Shown piece by piece: positions 1 through 12,400 of a stretch of DNA of 64,000 nt. The position numbers were made by a program, and so were the translations under genes. Source of the stretch: Adineta vaga (lineage: Eukaryota > Animalia > Rotifera); NCBI GenBank assembly GCA_021613535.1, contig CP075495.1, positions 15,066,001-15,130,000 on the forward strand, given 5' to 3'. Each line of letters begins with the position of its first letter. Position 1 is the first letter of the stretch. Below the pieces are notes generated by a model. It was not told where the DNA came from. It saw only the letters and a program-made list of their open reading frames with translations, and ran no database searches.

Positions 1-523
1 TGCCAAATGACAATATTCTTCACTGGAAGTGACACTTAACGGTTACTTTTTAAAAAAAAATTTTTTCTTTTCCGATTCAAAAACCATTATTTCTCACGCC
101 TCAAGTACTAGTATCAATTATATAATGGTAAAATTTTATGCAAAAAGTAATTACTTCTGACAAGCAACTATAAAGTGCCACCACTTTTTTTTACGCAGAT
201 AATTTGAAAGAAAAAAAATCACTGTTTACATAGAAAACTCAGGACATCAAAAGCAAATAATAGTAGACTCAATTCTTTTTTTTTCTCGCACCTTCTCTTC
301 GATAACTTTGTGAAGGAAAATGAAAAAACTCTTTATGAAAACCTAGACTATCTGGATGAGACAATGTCGTCAATAATTAATTCACTGTTTTGCTGCGTTG
401 TTTGTAAAGTGTTTGTTCTCTTCAGTTTGTTTTTGTATGACACTGGGAAAAAACTGACATAATTAAAGGTATAAAAACACTATCAAACGTCCATTTCTTA
501 TCATTGTTGAAAGATAACAGAGT

Positions 524-1642
524 ATGGCTTCAAATCAAGAACCTAGAGACTACTACGGTCCAAATCGTCGACCACGATCAAATTATAATACTAATAATTC
601 ATATGGAAGAGGACGTAACAGCAATCGAGGATCATTTCAAAGTCACCCTCATCATTACGAAAGTGATTCAAGATCTGAAGAATATATGTCCGATCAGCAA
701 AATCATCGAAGACAACGCCAGTTTGATAATTCTTCAACAGTTGAACTAAAACCAATTGATGATGACAAAAAAGCTTATGCTGTGAATCTTCAACTAGACC
801 CAGTTGAAATGGGTATCATAGCTCGAAATAATCGGTGGCATCAAGAATTCAAAGGTTTAGGCGCATTTAATCGTTATTTTGGTTTATTATCATCAGAACA
901 TGGTTTTGGTTATACACTTCCTGATATTTGGGATGGTTATTTTCATATAACACTTGCTAAATTTACTACTAAAATATCAGCGGAAAAACTCAAAGATAAA
1001 TTTCAACAATTTCGATATCCGATTGAAACGATTCCTTATATTCCGGATGTTGTTTTCCATACATCAACTATTGAAAGAATTCCGGGACCAAATCGTGGCA
1101 GAGGTCGAGAGAACATTGATTTTATTGTCTTGCCTATTGACATTACTCCTGAAGTTCAAACATTTTATGAAAGGATTCAATTATTACTTGATGCAATTAA
1201 AGAACTAGCCGGCAATCCAGAAGATTGGATCACAACAGAACTTAAGAAACTTCATGTTACTATAAGAAAATATTCAAATATTGATTATAATCTTTATCCA
1301 CTAAATAATATTCGAATTCAAGAATTTCCACTCGAATTTCGATGTTCATATGTCGGTGTTCGAGAACCACGAGACACAACAATTAATCGAATCATGCAGA
1401 ATGAAGATTTGTTTCGTGAATGGTTGTCTGGTGTAACTGAAATCCAGAGACATTGTTCAGGCTGTCAAACATTAATTACAACAAGGGATTGGCAAGGTTT
1501 CTGCTTTGCATGTGGAAACTACGAAATTATTAATCCTCTTTGGTCAAGTTTCGGTAATAATTCTAGTTTACGTCAAATTCAGCAAGCAAATTCTGAAAAT
1601 AGTGTTCTAAATCAATTAGTTGAAAATATATCTCTGAAATAA
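524..1642 (+). CDS. 2H phosphoesterase-like protein with C-terminal Zn ribbon (paralog 1)
   Basis: Intronless 372-aa ORF. Two HxT motifs (GYFHITLAKF, LHVTIRKY); C-terminal CSGC...CFAC; N-terminal R/G/N/S low-complexity region. Confidence 0.72.
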   Translation: MASNQEPRDYYGPNRRPRSNYNTNNSYGRGRNSNRGSFQSHPHHYESDSRSEEYMSDQQNHRRQRQFDNSSTVELKPIDDDKKAYAVNLQLDPVEMGIIARNNRWHQEFKGLGAFNRYFGLLSSEHGFGYTLPDIWDGYFHITLAKFTTKISAEKLKDKFQQFRYPIETIPYIPDVVFHTSTIERIPGPNRGRGRENIDFIVLPIDITPEVQTFYERIQLLLDAIKELAGNPEDWITTELKKLHVTIRKYSNIDYNLYPLNNIRIQEFPLEFRCSYVGVREPRDTTINRIMQNEDLFREWLSGVTEIQRHCSGCQTLITTRDWQGFCFACGNYEIINPLWSSFGNNSSLRQIQQANSENSVLNQLVENISLK

Positions 1643-1899
1643 TCCTTCATTAGCATATCAAAACTAAAAAAACTTTAACTTTATTCTGATTCAAACCTAT
1701 GGTTTTTTATTAAAAGAAGAATTAAAAAAGATATTTGGTTAAAGAATGAAATATTACTATTTATGATAGTAATCGCTTTCTTTCGCATGAAACTCATTAA
1801 TTGATTCAAATTGATTATGAGGCAAATTATAATAAATTCCACTTCGATTTCTGTTTACTATTTTATTTGATATAAATCAATTTCATTTTCTAGATTAAC

Positions 1900-2952
1900 A
1901 TGTCTAACAATAAGAGAAACAAAAAATATACACAAGACGCTGACGGTTGGAATCATCCTAATTCAAATGTCGAAGATAATACATGTACAACGAACAAGTC
2001 TTCTACTGATCCGGTGACTAGCACATCAAAACAAATTGATTATAATTATACAGTCACTTTACGTGTAGCACCAGTTGAACACGGTATAAAATGTTATAGT
2101 TCACCTTGGCATACTCATCAGTTCACCGGTATCAACGCTTTTAATTATTATTTTGATTATCTATTGTCGAAAGAAGAAGGTTTTACTTTACCGAATGTGT
2201 GGGATGGATATTTCCACGTGACTCTTGCTAAATTTCGACTTGATCCCAAGAGCAATCTTGAAAAAACAGAAAATGATTTGGTTATGCGTATCAAAGAGAA
2301 AGTCTTAGGTTCGAATCAACCTTCTTTTAAAAGAATCTTTCCATGCAGATTCAGAAGTGATGCACTCAACGTACACTCAGGTTCTGGGCGACATGCTGAG
2401 GCGGAAAATATCGATTTTGTTACATTGAATATAGTGGATCTTGAAAATGCTTTTGATAAACTACGTCCATTCCTTGACAATATTGAAGATGCAGTTAAAG
2501 CAGCCCATGGTATTTGGCAGTATAAACCATCTGAGAGCTATTTCACACAAGCACACGTTACCGTACGAAAATATAAACCAGACGACGATCTTCAAGATTG
2601 GTCATATAATCATATAAGACAATATCTTGTTGAACAACGCGTAAAAGATAATCCATTAGAATTCCAATGTGTAGCACTCGATATTGCACAAACTCGTCGA
2701 CAGGCTCGTCATCGAGGAACACAAACACAATGGTGGGCTGGTGTGACAGGAAATTTTCTAGATTGTGCCACATGTGGTACACAATTTAACGACGAATCTA
2801 AAGGTACTTGCGTAAAATGCCATACCAGAAGACAAATGTATGAATGTTCTGGATGTGGAAAAAAAGGAAATGAAGGGAAAATGTGGCCAGGATATTGTAA
2901 TAATTGTGGTAATTACGAACGTCTTAGACCTTTATGGTCCACCAAACCATAA
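1900..2952 (+). CDS. 2H phosphoesterase-like protein with double Zn ribbon (paralog 2)
   Basis: 350-aa ORF. WDGYFHVTLAKF and AHVTVRKY motifs; CATC/CVKC/CSGC/CNNC. Shares blocks AFNxYF, ENIDF, PLEFxC and CGNYE..PLWS with 524..1642. Confidence 0.72.
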   Translation: MSNNKRNKKYTQDADGWNHPNSNVEDNTCTTNKSSTDPVTSTSKQIDYNYTVTLRVAPVEHGIKCYSSPWHTHQFTGINAFNYYFDYLLSKEEGFTLPNVWDGYFHVTLAKFRLDPKSNLEKTENDLVMRIKEKVLGSNQPSFKRIFPCRFRSDALNVHSGSGRHAEAENIDFVTLNIVDLENAFDKLRPFLDNIEDAVKAAHGIWQYKPSESYFTQAHVTVRKYKPDDDLQDWSYNHIRQYLVEQRVKDNPLEFQCVALDIAQTRRQARHRGTQTQWWAGVTGNFLDCATCGTQFNDESKGTCVKCHTRRQMYECSGCGKKGNEGKMWPGYCNNCGNYERLRPLWSTKP

Positions 2953-3041
2953 TAAACGACGTTCATATAACAATATTGCTTTCTGAATATTTCTTATCAT
3001 CTTATGTGTCACTGTTACCTTTTCGTCATTATACTTCTGAA

Positions 3042-3841
3042 CAGGGTGGCCAGATCAAAAACTTGAAAATCAGAAAATTTTTATTAAAAATCAGAATTCA
3101 TCAGAATTTTTTTATCCAAAATCAGAAAGAAATCAGAAAACTCGATTTTGTAAGTTCCCGCAGTCTGTCCTTATGCATTGTTATTCAATAGTTCGTTGGT
3201 ATATTGTTCGTTCATTTATAATTTATTTGTAAAGAAATTTTGCTTCAATGTAGAGTCTCGAAAGCCAAAAGTATCAATAGGTGATAGAGAATACATATAA
3301 ATATGTTCGTAATTTCAAACGTTTTCACGTAACTCTGAAGCAGTTCACCAAGAAAAAACAAAACTAACTCGAAAACATAATATTTTGACAAAAGAGATTT
3401 TATCAGAAGAAATAAATAAAACGCAAAACATCATGTCGATACGATTGTTGATATTTTGTATTTTTTCGCATTTGTTTCAATAAATCTGTTCGAGGTAGAA
3501 TATGTTTATGAAATTCTTCACAAGAATAGTTATTAGAATTCATTCTTGTTGAAAGTTCAGCATGACCTAGTTGTATATCCATTCGATTACGATAATCTGA
3601 CTATAAATGTTTCATATGATTGAAAATGGAATCCACATAAGAATTGGAGCAAGGAATTGAAAAGATAAAAAAGCTGTACAGTGGAACAGTTTGTGATACT
3701 ACGAAAATAGAGAAAGTTCAGAAATCAGAAAAACAAGAAAAAATCGCAAGATCCGGAAAGAATCAGAACATCAGAAGAAAATCAGAAAGAGACTTAGATT
3801 TCAGAAATTTTCCTGACTTTTCAGAAGATCTGGCCACCCTG
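3042..3841. mobile_element. Non-autonomous hAT-type element (800 bp)
   Basis: Perfect 15-bp TIRs CAGGGTGGCCAGATC / GATCTGGCCACCCTG; 8-bp TSD CTTCTGAA (3034-3041, 3842-3849); subterminal AATCAGAA repeats. Confidence 0.92.
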
Positions 3842-4144
3842 CTTCTGAACATCATATGATATTTTATCCGCATCTCGCTTTGTGATTAGATTTCAGTTGT
3901 GGTTTTACTTCTTCTTTCTAATAAACGCATATATAGGTGCTGGTGCTGGTGAGGATATCGATTCATATTTGACTCAAATTCTTACACAAAAATAATTTAT
4001 GTATTCTAAACCATTTTTTATTCTAAATAATTGTTGTAATGGCACCAACAGAAAAAATATACAATTTGCACAAATAGGCTTTTTATTGCAATTATTTTCA
4101 GAAAAAAAGTTAACATTTATTGATAAGACGCAAACACATATAAC

Positions 4145-4790
4145 TTATTCATTAGTCTGATTAATTGACATATTTGTTGCTTTTTGATTGAGTTCAGTTA
4201 GTTTTTTATCGTAGGCTGATTTCAACATATTATCGAGTTTTTTGTACTGTTTATTTTCGATTTCAGTCCAGAGTTGTTGTAATTGTTCAAGTGTTACACA
4301 ACGCCTGACCTTTCTACAATAATTAAATTGTTCAATAGTTTCAGGCGGCACTGCTTCCGAACCAGTTAATTCACATGATGTTTCATTACATAGAAATGGG
4401 ACATCCTCAACATTAATTCTTTGATGAAATAGTTTTAAACCCGATCTTTTTTCAAGATCCTTAATTGATACTGCAAAATCAGTTAATGGACGATTTCGAT
4501 CAATTGGTTCATTTGGTACAACTAAATTACATTTGAATAAATGAGTAGGTACATGGACTTCATTCGGACCAATAACTGCATGTGTCATTTGTTTGCAGGG
4601 AATATTTAAATCATTGTTATCCTTCTAAATATATATATATATATAAATATATATAAAAGATTGAATTTTTAAAATGACTATGTATTTTAATAAAATCACC
4701 TTTTCTTTGCCCTCGACGGGAATAAACAAAGAGCCAGTTATAATATGAACAAAATCAAATTTTTGCAAACTTATATTGTGTGAAATGAAT
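4145..4790 (-). pseudogene. EndoG/EXOG-like non-specific endonuclease, 3' fragment
   Basis: FDFVHIITGSLFIP, VIGPNEVHVPTHLFK and PLTDFAVSIKDLEKRSGLKLF match the C-terminal half of the family. No DRGH catalytic segment was found upstream. Confidence 0.6.
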
Positions 4791-6343
4791 TTTCCTCGGT
4801 ACCATCGTCTCTCTGTCTGGTCTATTCTTTCATGCATCTTTTTCTTCTATTATTTTCTCTTGATACATTCCATGCTAGTACATTTGGTTTCTACATCATT
4901 TTCAAGCATCATTTGCATAGTAGAGAATCCTCATTTAAATTTAATACGTCCAATCCTTACAAATATAATTTAACACATTGTCGGACAGATTTAGATTATC
5001 ATTTGTGAAAATACAGTTTATGCGGTAATGACAGGAGATTCATTCTTACATTCTCGTCATGATGTTATAATATGTACACTTGAGGTAACATTACACCCAT
5101 CGAGTTTTATTTTTTTGATGAAATATCATTTCACAGTCGTTTACCTTTTCGTAATGTAATTCCTAATGAAATAAAACATCCTCCAGATCGTGATGTAATG
5201 ATTACTGAAAAGATCAGTCAAAGTAACGATAAAAATAAAAATGAAATTGAATGGATGATGATACATTTGTTTCTCTATCAAATTTTAATTTATTAGTTTC
5301 TCAACATGATGCTAGACTTTTACTTATGAAACATATGAAGTTGGCTTTTGTGGTGGGGCCAGATATCTTTTTTTCAAAATTGTACCTGTTTGTATTCAAA
5401 ATCATACAAAAATTCAATTTATCGATAGAAAAGAGTTTAATTTTCAATCACCAGAGTTTTATTCAAATGAATTAGGATATGAAGCATTTATGAAAGCACA
5501 TTAATCTATTCGATTATTCTAAATAACAAAGTTTGAAAATGTTTTGAATGATTGAGTTATATATTCAAAATATACTAAGCATTTTTCTTCATCAGGTTAT
5601 GAATCTACAAAATATCAATGAAGTATCACCCATGAATGTCCTCTATTCTCATTCTATAAGACACAGAACGAATGAAAAAATAAAGTTCATGTTCGTTTCT
5701 ATCACAATCATTTTACTCCATCAGTTACTATGTTTACGATAACATATGAAAGTATACATCATGCAGTTCATATGAATGGCGCAGCCGCTATCGTTGTATC
5801 GTTCTTGGTCTGCACCTTACATTTAGTGATGAATGTGAACGAACAGTTATGTAGACATACCCATTAGAAATGATCCCACACAATATTTGCATTTTGAACA
5901 AATGTATCCAAAAAAACAATTCCTAGTTATTATATGCTGTAAATCAATAGTTTGGATTTAGTGGACGTCGTCGAAATGATATATTCGCTTTACTGACCAT
6001 CAAATATAAAGTGGTACCGTAGAGCGTTTTATTTTTTGTTTGCTTGTAGAATTAATCTGATATTGAAATAAAAAATTTGAACTTTTCTAATTCATTACGA
6101 TTTCAAATTCAAAAAAAAAGAACATTTTGTTCGATAGATGATTTTATTATTGATGTTTGATGACATTCACTACAAATAATAACCCTTGATATCTTATCAT
6201 AAAAGAAAAGAGCAAAGACATTTTACCAAATAGATTACTATTTATTTCTTTTTCATCAAAGCTTATCTTTGAAGTAGAAAAGACAAAGAAAAAAAACTTC
6301 ATTTGTTCTTATTTCATTTCTATTTGAGTACATAATAAGGGTA

Positions 6344-7495
6344 ATGTCTACGTCACATAATCTACGACATTTAATTGATATTGCTGATCATCTAAGCAAT
6401 CGTTTATCATCTCTTGAACCATCTTCATTAGAACAATTAGAACAATGGCGTCAAACAGCATATCGTACGATTGATGAATATTGTGAACAAAAACGTCATG
6501 ATTTAATTGAAAAAAAACAAATTCATGAACAACGTGAAGTCGATCTTCTTCGATCACGAATTACACATTTAATCGATCGACATGATCAAAGTGAAGAATC
6601 TTATAATTCAATTCATCATGATCTTCAATTAGCTGAAATCAAAATTAATGAACTTGAACATCAAAGATTTACACTTCGTCCTTTCAATATTCAGGATGAA
6701 CATTTTATCATTCGTCGACGTCTTTTTCCATTATCAAATCCATATCAATCAATTCATTTAAAAGCTGGTTTAGAAAGTGCACTTGGTACAAATGATAAAC
6801 ATCTTCTTGTTGATCGAGAAGGAAAAGATTTATGTCTACTTGATCGAAATTTAACATTGATCGAAGAAATTCCTTTTATTCATAATGGTATCCATGGAGT
6901 ATGTTGGTCATCAACAATGTCACGTTTTATCATAATAACATTTAAAGAAATTCTTTTACTTGATGAAAAATCAATGAAATTAGAACGATGTTCTATCGTA
7001 CCTGCAAAAAATGATTGGTGGCGTGGCACATGCTCAAATGATACTCTATTTCTTTCTACAGTTGAATGGGGTTCATCAATTTATGAATTTCAACTAGGTG
7101 GTTCATTTAAATTAATGAAAGAATGGCATTCACCTATAACATGTGGAAAACATGAAATTATATGTGATTTAAAATATAATAATGGTTTTCTTGGTATTCC
7201 GATTTATAATAAAAATAAAGAAGATAGTCGATTTGAATTACGTTCAATTTCAACTATGGAAACGATTTGGTCTGCTCGTATTCATGGACGATGTCGTTGT
7301 TGTTCAATTGATGTTGATCAATGGCTTGTTATGGATCATGATGATTGTCGATTTTTTCATATATCAGCTGATGGAAAACTTTTAGAAGCAAATAAATATG
7401 ATCAACATGAACGATTAGAAGATATTATTCCATGGGGCAATGATGATATTGTTGTATTAACAAAGAAAAGTATTCATTTACATAAACTGGCTTGA
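6344..7495 (+). CDS. Uncharacterised protein: N-terminal coiled coil plus probable beta-propeller
   Basis: Intronless 383-aa ORF. Helical N-terminus, then beta-rich W/C/D-containing blades. Confidence 0.7.
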   Translation: MSTSHNLRHLIDIADHLSNRLSSLEPSSLEQLEQWRQTAYRTIDEYCEQKRHDLIEKKQIHEQREVDLLRSRITHLIDRHDQSEESYNSIHHDLQLAEIKINELEHQRFTLRPFNIQDEHFIIRRRLFPLSNPYQSIHLKAGLESALGTNDKHLLVDREGKDLCLLDRNLTLIEEIPFIHNGIHGVCWSSTMSRFIIITFKEILLLDEKSMKLERCSIVPAKNDWWRGTCSNDTLFLSTVEWGSSIYEFQLGGSFKLMKEWHSPITCGKHEIICDLKYNNGFLGIPIYNKNKEDSRFELRSISTMETIWSARIHGRCRCCSIDVDQWLVMDHDDCRFFHISADGKLLEANKYDQHERLEDIIPWGNDDIVVLTKKSIHLHKLA

Positions 7496-7544
7496 AAAAA
7501 ACAAACACATTTTATTTTTTTTTAATTTAAATAAAAAAATATCA

Positions 7545-7695
7545 GACTAAATATTCTCCTACTCGTACAAGTAATCCATAGGCAAGAAGTGTTGCTCGTC
7601 TATCTGTAAAATATTCCATTTCTTCATTAGATAAAAATAGACAAATTCGTTTCTTTGTAAGTCCAATTGTTTCAAGTTGAATTTGAAATGTACTT
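7545..7695 (-). pseudogene. 3' fragment of NEURL4-type ART gene (third copy)
   Basis: Nearly identical to 14425-14490 (CGTACAAGTAATCCATAGGCAAGAAGTGTTGCTCGTCTATCTGTAAAATATTCCAT). Confidence 0.8.
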
Positions 7696-8330
7696 GAAGA
7701 TAAAGTTTTAAAAAGAGATCAAATCGAACCATCAGATAATATAATAAATCCAGTAGTTTTTACAAAGATATTCGTGTTAATAAAACAATTGGCAATGATT
7801 CAGAAAATGATACATATTTCATTATTCTTCTATTCGCTACAGCCGTTTTCTCTGATACTGCCAGTGGAAATTGTACAAGAACGATTATATATGGAGTTAT
7901 TTATCTATTTTTTCGTATATGTTTGGTTTAGCTTGTACATTAGCTTGTAGTTTAGATTTAGTTATTATATTATCACGTCGAACATATTGATCAATAACGA
8001 ATCGAAACTTGTTGAATTTGTGATAGATGTATAATAATCAAGCTTTAATGAAATAAAATATTAGAGAAAGATCATATTATAATGTTTGAATCATTGTTTT
8101 TATTAGGTTGAGAGTTTAGGTAAAGATGGAGGAGAAGCACTATAACAGGTAACGAATGAATGAATGAGAATTTAATTTTTGACATTAAATACCATACTAA
8201 GATTCGTATTTTCTAAAACAAAGAATTATATTGAAAAAAAAGTCAATTTATTGAGATATTTAAAATAAATCATTTTCATATGAGAAAGAATCAAATATAG
8301 TTATTTTTGAAAATAATAATGAACATTTTG

Positions 8331-9547
8331 TTATTCTATAGAAACTATTGTTCTTTTTATTTTCGTTGGTTGTGATCGATAAAGATTTGCAATAGAAAGC
8401 AATGCAAAAAATGCTGTATATTCAATCAAGTCAGGTGGTATTAGAAATTCATGATAATGATAATAACCAAAAATAACTAGTGGTACGAATGAATAAATAT
8501 AATGATACATAGTAAGAAGAGCAATATTGATCAACAACCATGTTGAAAAAAGATAAATTTTTCGACTAGTTTTGAATAATTTATCAACACTTTCAACAGC
8601 AATTTCACGTCCTGTACCCATTAATAATATCAAAAACATTGTTGACGAAATATATTGTTGTCTTATTTTTCTATCCATATCACCGTGTATGAACACAAAA
8701 ATAGGTGGCAAAATATAAAGAACCCAAAGAATAATAGTGCGGAGCCATTGAATTTTGAATGAAGAGTATAGATATTTAACGTCCCTAATCATAATTTCAT
8801 ATGAACCACCAAGAAAAGGTAGAGAAACTTCATGATTTCGAAAATTATACCAAGGTTGCCAATCATTTTCATCTGAAATAACATTTAATAATATTCAGAC
8901 AAAAAATGGTAAAATCATTTGAAATCATCGAATATGATTAAAACAGTTTCTCATTGTCTTTCGCAGTTCTTTTAATTACAATATTTCTATAGTCAAAAAG
9001 GTGTTGTTACTAATCTTACCTACACATTTGAATGGTTCATTAATTACAAATAAGATAAAAAATAAATCATAATACAGTGTCCAAGGTGGACGAATCCACG
9101 TAATAAATATAAATTTTTTGCTGTTATAATAAGCATATACACTTAAAATAATCAATAGACTACAACTTAATAATTTGTTTATCCGTCTTTTAATTTGATT
9201 ATGTTCAATAGATCGAATCCATCGTTCAATAAACAATGACCAACATAAAATAATGAACGAAAATGTTTGATTATGAAAACTAATGAGCATACCAAGAATG
9301 GCAATTATCATCATGAAATAATCCATTTGATACAAACTGCATAGTTTAATTGCTGAGAGAAGAAATGTTATCCATGCATGTGATAATGAACGAGAGAAAG
9401 CTACAAGAGATGCGTAACTTGTTGTATAATAAAGCATAATATTATAAATTCGATCTTTGTAATCAACAGATCTATATGTATGATGTAGTTGAATGTAGAG
9501 TAAAATATCTGTGAGTATGGTGAAGATGAAAACAGCAATATAGTCAT
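8331..9547 (-). CDS. Multi-pass membrane protein, unknown; exon structure uncertain, possibly disrupted
   Basis: Two hydrophobic 153-aa ORFs (8331-8792, 8976-9437) on the same strand separated by an intron-sized gap. Confidence 0.4.
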
Positions 9548-10029
9548 CTTAATATAAAAAGAACAATATTATGTATGATTATACATAAGAGTATTGAGAA
9601 TGTTCCGTATCATTCTGCTTGTAAAAATACTACGCATTACCTTTATCATTCACATATCCATTGTAAAAATGAGCCACTAAAAGGCGAATAATAACAACAA
9701 AATAACAAAGATGTGTTTATTCCTTGCAAATAACCATGCATACGTATGTATGCAGGCAGTGAACAATTCCTTAGACAAATATATTTATCGTACGATTAAA
9801 TTCATGTCCGCCGTTGTCACATTTCGAGCAGAAGATCATTGAGAGGTTACATGCTTCATTTCTTCATTTACGATAAAGAGTTAACCAACAAAATCCGTGC
9901 GAACACACAATGATTGCTGATATTCACACAAAACGTACTGTAAGAAAGATGAGATTCATTTAAAAATTATCACATTTAAGCTGGTATGAGTTTATTATCT
10001 ATATGACTAGTAAAATGAATGAATATCTG

Positions 10030-10466
10030 TTACTAATTAAATCGTGGTTAAATCCAACTATTCAGAAGAAAGTGAAATTTATGCATAGTAATGAAGAACT
10101 ATCTCAGTATATTGATCCATCTGTTCTTCCTAAAAGATTAAATGGTTCACAACCTGATTTCAAATACACTCCACCAACAAAGGAAAAGCATTAGCCGAAA
10201 TAGCACATCGAAATGCTGTGCGAAGTTATTTAGATGCAACATTACTATGGGCAAATGGTGATGAAACTCGTCGAGTATTATCTGAAAAACGAAAAGCACG
10301 AAAAGAACTTCGAAATACGTTTGAAGAATTATCACCTTATATGAGTACTCGTACAGTTTATCATCGTCTTGGTGTTATTAAAGAACCTATTTTTGAACTT
10401 GCCTATGAACAATTAAAAACAAAAAAAAGAAGAAAATGGTCTAACATAGTTTTAATATATATATAA
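10030..10466 (+). pseudogene. CRAL-TRIO/Sec14 (Csr1-like) C-terminal fragment
   Basis: LIKSWLNPTIQKKVKF...YIDPSVLPKRLNG, then a frame break, then LSPYMSTRTVYHRLGVI. N-terminus is missing. Confidence 0.65.
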
Positions 10467-10999
10467 GTGTCATTTCTATTGAACATTGATTATTGCCATA
10501 ATATAAGATGTGAAACAGATATTATTTTCATATAATAAAAAGGAAAAAAAAGGATCTTCAATCGTAAAACAAATCATCTTGAGGGTGAGAGTTGAAGAGT
10601 AAAAAGACAGAATGGCGATGACAGTTAAAACATTATTACAATTGGTTTTTCTTTTCTTTTCCAATGATCGTATTAACGTCATATAATTTACATTTGCGAA
10701 GGATATATTTTGAAGTTCAAGTTTTCCTACGTGGAATATTTCTCCTAAACATCAATAATTGTCATAATAGTACATGTTAAACAGATATTATTTTCACTTA
10801 ATAAATGAAAACATTTTTAATCATAGACGAAAAAAACTTAACATAAATAGTCGAGTCAATTGGAAAAAACTATATTGAATGCAGAGAATCAGTCTTTGGT
10901 TTCTACACTACTAGTGGTGTTACCAGTAGTGCGCATAGTCCGTTCAGAGCGAAAATCCTGGCGCTGATTCTGAAATCAATGCGTTTCCCTTTTGCTTCA

Positions 11000-12400
11000 T
11001 TTGTTCATCTGCTACTGAGAAATACATACATGAGTTAGAATTTCTTTCAAAATTTGTTTCGCTCTTTAATTGATTGAGATGTTTTGTCAATCAATTATTC
11101 ACTTTTATTGAATGAAAGAACATATATTCAGTTTTTTGTTTTAACACAGAAAAATATCAGAAATTTTAGCATGCAAAGAGAACTGCGCATAATCGAGCAT
11201 AATTGGTTATAAAACCTGAGTCGAAATCGCTGGCTCCACTATTGGCAATAATATCACCTATATAAACAACATCAAGAAATAAATGTACATAGAAAAAATC
11301 ATCACTCACTAATTTTGACCAAAGTTTTCTTTAAAAAAATTCTTTTCGATGAAGTTGAATCTTCATTATCGAGTAAGTTCAGCTGATGATTTATATCGAT
11401 CAAAGATTTTTGCTCTACACATATATGCGCCATAAGTTCAGCTAAACGTTGGACTTTTGTGTCACTCTGTACTTGTGTAATATGTTGTAAAACATAAGAC
11501 ATGATTTTCTTCGATTTGACCGTCTGATTGTCAATTGATTCTTTTAACAATTCAATAGGATCATCAATAATAACCAATTTTTCCATTAGTATTTCAATTG
11601 TCATTTCCATATCTGATATCACCTGAAGAAAATAAACATTTTATTACGTTTTATATACTTTTCAATGAACAATGTCAGTCAGAAAGAACAATAGAAAGAA
11701 ACGTTTTGTATGATAACCTGTCTATAGATCAGATATATGATTCAATTTAAATGAGAAAAAAGAAAGACAAATTCTTCGTTCATATACGCCGTTCAGGTTC
11801 AGTAGAAGAAAAAACACTTACTTTTTGTTTTTGTTCGTTGTCGATCATTATATGAATGAGAGAACGACCATCGTCATCTAGAAGAAAAATCAGTTATTTG
11901 AAGTTCACTAATAAATATAAATGATCACATACTCAATTCAACTATTTTATTTATTAAAAGTTTTTGTTGTTTACTATTCAATTCGAAAATTGATTTAGAA
12001 GCAATATATTACCAAAATTTAACAATATATCTTCCTGTATAATTTGTTCGTATTTAATATCGAGCTTGTAATGAAATAAAGTTATCTTTAATCGCATTTA
12101 CCTTGCCAATCTTGAAATAACCTAAATAAAGCATTGATTGATTGATTCATTTGAATGTTAAAGGAACAAATCTTTATGAGCATACTTACCTTCGTCACAT
12201 TTGATTGCTAAGACATCATTTATTACAATCTGTTCGTTTGGTTTTATATCTCTATTACTATACTCATGATCGTCATGGTAAGGACTATTATTGTTTGAAG
12301 TAATGTATGAAGAATCACTTATTGTTTTGAATAGGCCAGAGATAACATGTGTGGATTCGTCGTTTTTTGTATTTCATTCATTTACTAATAGATGCAGTGA
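11000..12400 (-). other. Multi-exon coding remnant, unknown (possible ankyrin-like exon)
   Basis: Minus-strand splice sites flank short coding-like segments (DDDGRSLIHIMIDNE; ORF 11302-11622). Confidence 0.3.

Noticed and set aside
3644-3859. 71-aa ORF
   Set aside because: Lies in the subterminal repeats of the hAT MITE; no transposase motifs.
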